Positions 27,300-32,000 of a stretch of 32,000 nt of DNA are shown here, piece after piece. Position 1 is the first letter of the stretch; each line of letters opens with the position of its first letter. The stretch covers positions 4,680,001-4,712,000 of the forward strand of contig NC_010628.1 in assembly GCF_000020025.1 (NCBI RefSeq), written 5' to 3'. The stretch comes from Nostoc punctiforme PCC 73102. GTDB taxonomy: Bacteria; Cyanobacteriota; Cyanobacteriia; Cyanobacteriales; Nostocaceae. The position numbers were made by a program, and so were the translations under genes. The notes beneath the pieces were generated by a model. The model saw nothing but the letters and a program-made list of their open reading frames with translations. It was not told where the DNA came from and ran no database searches.

Positions 27300-27887
27300 C
27301 TAAAAAGACACGCGTGGAGCATTTCTCATTTCTGGAGTCGCTTCGGCGAGCAATTCTGCAACAGTAAAGTTAAAAGTATTTGCCACAAGATTGCTGGGGA
27401 AAGATTCGCTTTTGGTGTTGTAAAGTGTCACCGCGTCATTAAAAGCCTGACGTGCAAAAGCAATCCGGTTTTCGGTGGAAGATAATTCTTCCATTACCTG
27501 AGTCATGCTGCGATCGGCTTTCAATTCTGGATAAGATTCTGAAAGTACCATCAACCGACTTAACGCACCTGTTAGCGCTCCTTCAGCATTGCCCAACTGC
27601 TGCATCGCTTGAGGATCGCCGGGATTTTGTGCAGCACGACTGCTAGCATTAATTGCAGAATTCCGAGCTGCAATCACTGCTTCTAAAGTTTCCCGCTCAT
27701 GTTTCATGTAACCTTTGGCAGTTTCCACCAAGTTGGGAATTAAGTCATAGCGGCGCTGTAATTGAACATCGATTTGAGAGTAAGCATTTTTGTAACGGTT
27801 GCGATACTTGACTAAATCGTTGTAGGCATTAATGATAATTAGAGCAACAATGGCAACTAAAGCAACAGAAAATATTAAAAGCCCCAT
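27300..27887 (-). CDS. lemA: LemA family protein
   Basis: 195 aa. An N-terminal TM helix is followed by YNDLV..RN...AYSQIDVQLQRRYDLIPNLVETAKGYMKHERETLEAV..AR. The stop lies 6 nt before the M48 start, an operon arrangement. Confidence 0.85.
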   Translation of the reverse strand: MGLLIFSVALVAIVALIIINAYNDLVKYRNRYKNAYSQIDVQLQRRYDLIPNLVETAKGYMKHERETLEAVIAARNSAINASSRAAQNPGDPQAMQQLGNAEGALTGALSRLMVLSESYPELKADRSMTQVMEELSSTENRIAFARQAFNDAVTLYNTKSESFPSNLVANTFNFTVAELLAEATPEMRNAPRVSF

Positions 27888-28029
27888 ATTTTTAGATTAT
27901 TTCAATCAGGTACTTACTTTATATCCAGCAAAATTTGTGTGGATATAAAGATGAGTCTACTTTTAACAAGTTGGCTTCGTCGTCTGTAAAATTAGTTACG
28001 CAAATTTACTGGTGTACGATTTTTTAAAT

Positions 28030-28134
28030 AACCGCAGAGGCGCAGAGAACGCAGAGAGAAATAATTTCCAACAATTCCAAATTGTTTGTGAATATCATAT
28101 CTCTTTTCTCTGTGTACTCTGCGCCTCTGCGGTT
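28030..28134. repeat. MITE-like long hairpin of the CAGAGGCGCAGAG family
   Basis: Arms are aaccgcagaggcgcagagaacgcagagagaa (28030-28060) and ttctctgtgtactctgcgcctctgcggtt (28106-28134), about 29 bp and imperfect, with a 45-nt AT-rich loop. Confidence 0.8.
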
Positions 28135-28159
28135 GATTAAAAATTGTAGTCAGAGTAAG

Positions 28160-28411
28160 TTACCCATGAATATGAAGAAATAGGGAATAACCACTGGCAG
28201 CAAAAATAAAAAGGATAGCCGCAGGAAAAATTACTACATCCCTGACAATAAATAAAATCCAGTCTTTTCTTAGTTCTTGTTTAAACTTGAGTTCTCGCAG
28301 CTTTCGCTCAAGTTCTATATCTTCTTGTGACTGCAAATTTTCAGGTGAGATAATTAATGGATTTTCGGCTTTGTTGGCAATCATTTTTGATAAATCTGTT
28401 CTATCTGTCAT
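28160..28411 (-). CDS. Small hypothetical membrane-anchored protein
   Basis: 83 aa. It has a charged N-terminal part (EDIELERKLRELKFKQELRK) and a C-terminal TM helix (VVIFPAAILFIFAASGYSLFL). The start lies 27 nt downstream of the Uma2 gene stop on the same strand. Confidence 0.45.
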   Translation of the reverse strand: MTDRTDLSKMIANKAENPLIISPENLQSQEDIELERKLRELKFKQELRKDWILFIVRDVVIFPAAILFIFAASGYSLFLHIHG

Positions 28412-28438
28412 GCTGTTTAGATGCCATTAATTAAAAGA

Positions 28439-29032
28439 TTATTGCCGAATTCCTTTGATAAACTCTGTTCTTGCTTCAATTATTGAAGGCATTAAAACAC
28501 AACATACTAACAAACTTATATCTAAGTCTGGCAGTAATTGGCTTTGAGAAATTTGCTCATAGTTATTATTAGTGAGGTGATATACAGATATTTGATTATT
28601 TTCCCAAAACCAGACTTCAGTAATGTTAAAACGCTTATATTTTTCTAACTTATCTATACTGCCACTAGTAATATTTACTTCAATTGCTAGATCGGGGTTT
28701 TCTTTCTTTTCCCCTAAATAATAAGATTCATCAGGTTCAAAGGAAGCTCCCTTTTCTTTTGCTCGACGAGTAGCGCTACCTACAGGGATAAAATTTATAC
28801 CTTTTTCAAAAAAGTAAAGCGCTAAAAATATAGCAATCACACTTTTAATAGCTTCATGTTGTTCACCAAGAGTCATAAATTCCACACACCCATCAAGATA
28901 AGTTATCCGCAAACCTGGCGCATCTGCTGTTAATGCTTCAAGTTTCTCAAATTCTTCCCAAGTGTAATGGCCAGGTAGGAGAAAACGCTGTTCTTCGAGA
29001 GTAGTGATTTGGTCTATGGTTTGTGGAGTCAT
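28439..29032 (-). CDS. Uma2 family (DUF820) putative endonuclease, different subfamily from the 12.4-13.8 kb pair
   Basis: 197 aa. Pattern seen: W.EFE.L.........+I.YL.G.VE.M..G..HE......., FEPDESYY.., PDLAIEV..TSG..DKL..Y....I.EVWFW. Confidence 0.7.
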   Translation of the reverse strand: MTPQTIDQITTLEEQRFLLPGHYTWEEFEKLEALTADAPGLRITYLDGCVEFMTLGEQHEAIKSVIAIFLALYFFEKGINFIPVGSATRRAKEKGASFEPDESYYLGEKKENPDLAIEVNITSGSIDKLEKYKRFNITEVWFWENNQISVYHLTNNNYEQISQSQLLPDLDISLLVCCVLMPSIIEARTEFIKGIRQ

Positions 29033-29369
29033 ATAGATATCAGTATCGAGTAAAATAGTTCACAAGCTATAATTGCGATCGCATCTATTTTTGATGTAAA
29101 TTTTTTTCGAGTTCAAACATGAAATAACTCACCCAAAACTTAACTTCTACATTGAGGGAAATTTTAGCTACGACCCTATTATAGACTACTTTTTAAGTTG
29201 AGTGATTTGACGCGATCGCGCCTGATAAATTAATGTAAATATTGGAATGTATACTTCCTAAATTTATCCTCTTGAGTGCCTAACGATTGAAGCGGTGGCT
29301 AAAGGCATACATCCAAATAATACTTTAAAGCTTAAAATATATTTTAGTTTATGCGAGACGCTAGAGAAA

Positions 29370-29450
29370 ATGAGCATTGAAGAAATTATTATAGACAAGG
29401 TAAGAATATTACCTCCTGATAAGCAACAATAGGCATTAGATTTTGTATAA
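29370..29450 (+). pseudogene. DUF2281-like (antitoxin-type) mini-gene remnant with two in-frame stops
   Basis: ATG at 29370 translates as MSIEEIIIDKVRILPPDKQQ-TAG-ALDFV-TAA-FLLV. This matches the recalled DUF2281 consensus M..E.L...I..LPP.KQQEVLDFVEFL if TAG and TAA replace Glu codons (GAG and GAA, both G to T changes). Confidence 0.45.
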
Positions 29451-29558
29451 TTTTTACTTGTGATTAACATATATTTTAAATTTGATTAATAATTAAAGCC
29501 ACATATCTACACCATAACAATTAATTGATAGCAGCGAAAATATGTGGTTTAAAAATCC

Positions 29559-29684
29559 TTAATACACTAACACGCTCGCACCTTTCCTCAACCCTCCACA
29601 GCCAATCCAATTAAACACCACATTTTCTATAGAAATATCGCGTTTCATCCTGGCTTGTGAATTAAGTTTTGAACTCGTAAACTA
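29559..29684 (-). pseudogene. Decayed duplicate of the 3' end of the phosphoketolase-like gene
   Basis: 29559-29621 aligns with 30118-30180 at roughly 80 percent identity, including the stop codon position (ttaatRcactaacRcgctcgcac...caatcca.ttaaa). Gapped, weaker similarity continues to about 29684 (actcgtaaac vs actccgtaaca). Frame-disrupting indels are present. Confidence 0.6.
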
Positions 29685-29957
29685 GCTTTTGCGACATGAA
29701 AACCTGCTTTTGCGACTTGAAAAGTAGCTTTTGTGACTTGAAAAGTAGCTTTTGCGACTTGAAAAGTAGCTTTTGTGACTTGAAAAGTAGCTTTTGCGAC
29801 TTGAAAAGTAGCTTTTGTGACTTGAAAAGTAGCTTTTGCGACTTGAAAAGCAGCTTTTGCGACATGAAAACCTGCTTTTGCGACATGAAAAGCAGCTTTT
29901 GTGACATGAAAAGCAGCTTTTGTGACTTGAAAACCTGCTTTTGCGACTTGAAAAACT
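29685..29957. repeat. Tandem array, 13 x 21 bp (consensus GCTTTTGYGACWTGAAAAGYA)
   Basis: Units begin at 29685 + 21k with no indels. Units 1-6 alternate C/T at position 8, giving three exact 42-bp super-units. Units 0 and 8 are identical. A degenerate partial unit precedes at about 29665-29684. Confidence 0.95.
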
Positions 29958-30031
29958 GTTAATGTTAAAGAATTTCAGCAAATCTAACCACATTTATTTA
30001 TAAAGTAATCTCAATGCCTTAGAAGTTCTCA

Positions 30032-30093
30032 TAAAAAAACGCAAATATACGCATTAAACGCAATTTTTCAGCATTCTCATACGTATATTTGCG
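30032..30093 (-). terminator. Intrinsic terminator of the phosphoketolase-like gene
   Basis: The minus-strand RNA reads CGCAAAUAUACG (30093-30082), a 30-nt loop, then CGUAUAUUUGCG (30051-40) followed by UUUUUUU (30039-30033). The stem is a perfect 12 bp and starts 24 nt after the stop codon. Confidence 0.65.
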
Positions 30094-30117
30094 ATAAAAT
30101 AAAAGACAATCGCAGTT

Positions 30118-32000
30118 TTAATGCACTAACGCGCTCGCACGTTTTGTCAACGCTTCAGCAGTCAATCCATTAAATGCCATTAACTCACCAGCACTAGCTG
30201 TAGTTTCGCCACGCTTCCATGCAAAGGTGTCGCGCTTGGCTGTACTCCGTAACAGAATTGGTTCCAGCATCCCCGCCGCACCACCTGTCACAGCAATTAG
30301 CGCATCGCCATCAAACAATTCGGCAAATTTCGCATCATCTAAGAAACCGCCTTCGGGTTCTGAACAGGTATCCCATGCAGTATCATGAGGACGATACAAT
30401 TGCCGAGGATTGATTACAGAAATAATTTTGGCACCAATACCTTCAGTTTCCAAAAAAGCCGCAGCTTCAAATACTGGCATTAATGTCATATCACCAATTA
30501 CAGTAAATACAACTTGTTTATCACCAGCGATTTCATGTAATAACACTGCACCATCGCGCAACCCTTGACGAGTTTGTTCTAAAGTTGTCCGAATTGGTAA
30601 CGGCGATTTACTTGCAGTAATTACAATTCCCTTATTCTTAGTTTTCAAAGCCCACTCATAACAGGCTTGAATACTATTAGCATCGGGGGGAAATAATGGG
30701 AAAACATTTCCATTTCGCATCAATGAAGCAAAGTAAGCTTCAATTTCTGGACGTTGGTGAGTCCAACCGTTACGCCCTTGCTCTAATGCGCCTGCTGTGA
30801 ATAAAGTAATAGTCGAGGGAGTTTGACGGCGCAATTCTGCCATTGATTGGGTTACAGTTTGCCAAATTGGTAATCCGTTGATAGCAAAAGATTCGTAAGA
30901 ACACCACAAAGTTCTCGCACCCATTAACGCTAAACCCGCAGCTAAACCGGCACAAGCATCTTCACTCAATGGTTCATAAACTTGTCCATTTGGTGCTTGA
31001 TTATATAAGTCGTCGGTTGTGGGGTGGATAATCTTTAATGCTTGGTTGATATTGGCAATTCCTGATGCTTCGTTACCGTCGGCGTTGGTGACGAGGAAAT
31101 TTCGATCTTTATTCCCAACAATTCCTACCAATCGTCCCATTGCGGTTGTGGAAACTTTGGCTTCACCTCCAACTGCATATTCTTCTAAAGGTAATTCGCC
31201 TAATTCTGGTAATGGTAATTCAAATTCCGTAACTACAGTTTTCGCTGCTGGGCCACCGCCTGCGCGTTCGGCATTTGTTCTGACTAATTGCCAAGCTTCC
31301 GCAGACAAAGCACGGGTTTGCAATGCACTAATAATATGTGGCGCATCTAGCGTATCTTTAGGATACAAATTGTGAGATTTTGCACCCCGCGCGTGGACTC
31401 CTGCACCTTTGAGTTGTTTAATAATGAAGACGGTAAGTTTACCACCCAAAGCCGATCGCGCTGCTTTATCTACACCCGAAAGTACTGCTTGAGTAAATGC
31501 TAGGCGTTTCTCAAAGGAAAAGGCGGTGCTATCAACGTAATCCCCTGGCTGATCTCGATCGTCAAAGTCTTTGGCATCCACTAACACGACTTCATCAAAA
31601 CCATTACCTTGCCAATATGCTTGCATCTGTTCATTGGTTTTCAGAGAAACCATGCTGTGATGTTCTTGGCTGTAACCGTTCCACACCAACACCGGTAAGA
31701 AGTTGGTGACAGCAGGATAAGCAGTATGGAAGTGAGCGATCGCACTTACAATATAAGGCTCACCCAATCCACCATCACCAACTGTAAAGGGGAATAACTT
31801 ATCTTTGTGCAGGAGTGCTGCCGCCATTGCAAAGTGTTGTCCTTGTCCCAAAGGCCCAGCCGGTGCAAGAATACCGGGAATGAACCCAGAAAGGTGTCCT
31901 AAAAGTCCGTGTTTTTCTCGGAAGCGATCGCGCAATTCTTGGACTGTAAAAATTCCCATGTCCTCTAGCGAACGATCCAAGAACATGGCACTATAAAATC
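30118..32000 (-). CDS. Divergent phosphoketolase-family (ThDP-dependent) enzyme, 5' end probably beyond the window
   Basis: At least 622 aa. It is colinear with XFP phosphoketolase landmarks as recalled: the ThDP motif VGDGGLGEP....LVWNGY (XFP: VGDGEAETGP...LHLNGY), LSEDACAGLAAGLALMGARTLWCSYESF (XFP: [28 protein letters not shown]), GWTHQRPE (XFP: GFSHQDPG), and AWKRGETTASAGELMAFNGL (XFP: HGYEEEGSTTTPYDM). The frame is still open upstream of the ATG at 31986 to the window end. Confidence 0.7.
   Translation of the reverse strand, partial: FYSAMFLDRSLEDMGIFTVQELRDRFREKHGLLGHLSGFIPGILAPAGPLGQGQHFAMAAALLHKDKLFPFTVGDGGLGEPYIVSAIAHFHTAYPAVTNFLPVLVWNGYSQEHHSMVSLKTNEQMQAYWQGNGFDEVVLVDAKDFDDRDQPGDYVDSTAFSFEKRLAFTQAVLSGVDKAARSALGGKLTVFIIKQLKGAGVHARGAKSHNLYPKDTLDAPHIISALQTRALSAEAWQLVRTNAERAGGGPAAKTVVTEFELPLPELGELPLEEYAVGGEAKVSTTAMGRLVGIVGNKDRNFLVTNADGNEASGIANINQALKIIHPTTDDLYNQAPNGQVYEPLSEDACAGLAAGLALMGARTLWCSYESFAINGLPIWQTVTQSMAELRRQTPSTITLFTAGALEQGRNGWTHQRPEIEAYFASLMRNGNVFPLFPPDANSIQACYEWALKTKNKGIVITASKSPLPIRTTLEQTRQGLRDGAVLLHEIAGDKQVVFTVIGDMTLMPVFEAAAFLETEGIGAKIISVINPRQLYRPHDTAWDTCSEPEGGFLDDAKFAELFDGDALIAVTGGAAGMLEPILLRSTAKRDTFAWKRGETTASAGELMAFNGLTAEALTKRASALVH

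Noticed and set aside
29264-29470. 68-aa minus-strand ORF
   Set aside because: It lies antisense to the more interpretable DUF2281-like remnant. It is AT-rich with no motifs, so it is most likely spurious.
29685-29957. CRISPR array
   Set aside because: The repeats are directly abutting with no spacers, the unit is only 21 bp, and no cas genes are present in the window.
29662-29993. Three long ORFs across the 21-bp array (SQKLLFK heptad repeats, SRKSYFS repeats and, on the plus strand, CDLKSSF repeats) as possible repeat proteins
   Set aside because: They are open only because the 21-bp unit is seven stop-free codons in four of six frames. No frame is distinguished by an RBS or codon bias, their ATGs come from the variant units (gacatg), and they lie beyond a terminator. 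I kept them as a repeat feature. Proteomics could overturn this.

Overview
This window reads as a chromosomal segment of a filamentous, Nostocales-type cyanobacterium. Supporting signs are frequent HIP1 octamers (GCGATCGC), STRR-type heptamer repeats (CCCCAAT/GGGGAAT), many small hairpin repeats in intergenic DNA, and the gene content. Most of it is ordinary core genome: NblS/Hik33-type histidine kinase, fused PabA-PabB aminodeoxychorismate synthase, CysA, ChlP, a FAD oxidoreductase, a pentapeptide-repeat membrane protein, MetAP, a biliverdin-reductase-like oxidoreductase, plant-type ferredoxin PetF, a SpoIID/LytB protein, sulfiredoxin plus Dps, an HTH/GrpE-like protein, a STAS plus response-regulator-PP2C pair, DUF1350, a LemA-M48 protease operon, and a divergent phosphoketolase-family gene that runs off the right edge. 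I found no tRNA or rRNA gene, CRISPR array, transposase, integrase or phage genes, and no convincing new multi-gene system. The most unusual stretch is 29.3-30.2 kb. It holds 13 exact-period copies of a 21-bp unit. On one side lies the intact 3' end of the phosphoketolase-like gene, and on the other a decayed second copy of that 3' end with its own terminator-like hairpin. A nonsense-mutated DUF2281-like mini-gene sits next to it. Other items worth a second look are a YidD-like protein with a DC[GS]xx cysteine-repeat tail, three Uma2 (DUF820) endonuclease genes (two in tandem, one paired with a small membrane protein), an HTH-coiled-coil-GrpE-like protein, and a G-quadruplex-capable tract between srx and dps. 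All functional calls rest on motif and family recognition by eye. No searches were run, and start codons are provisional.
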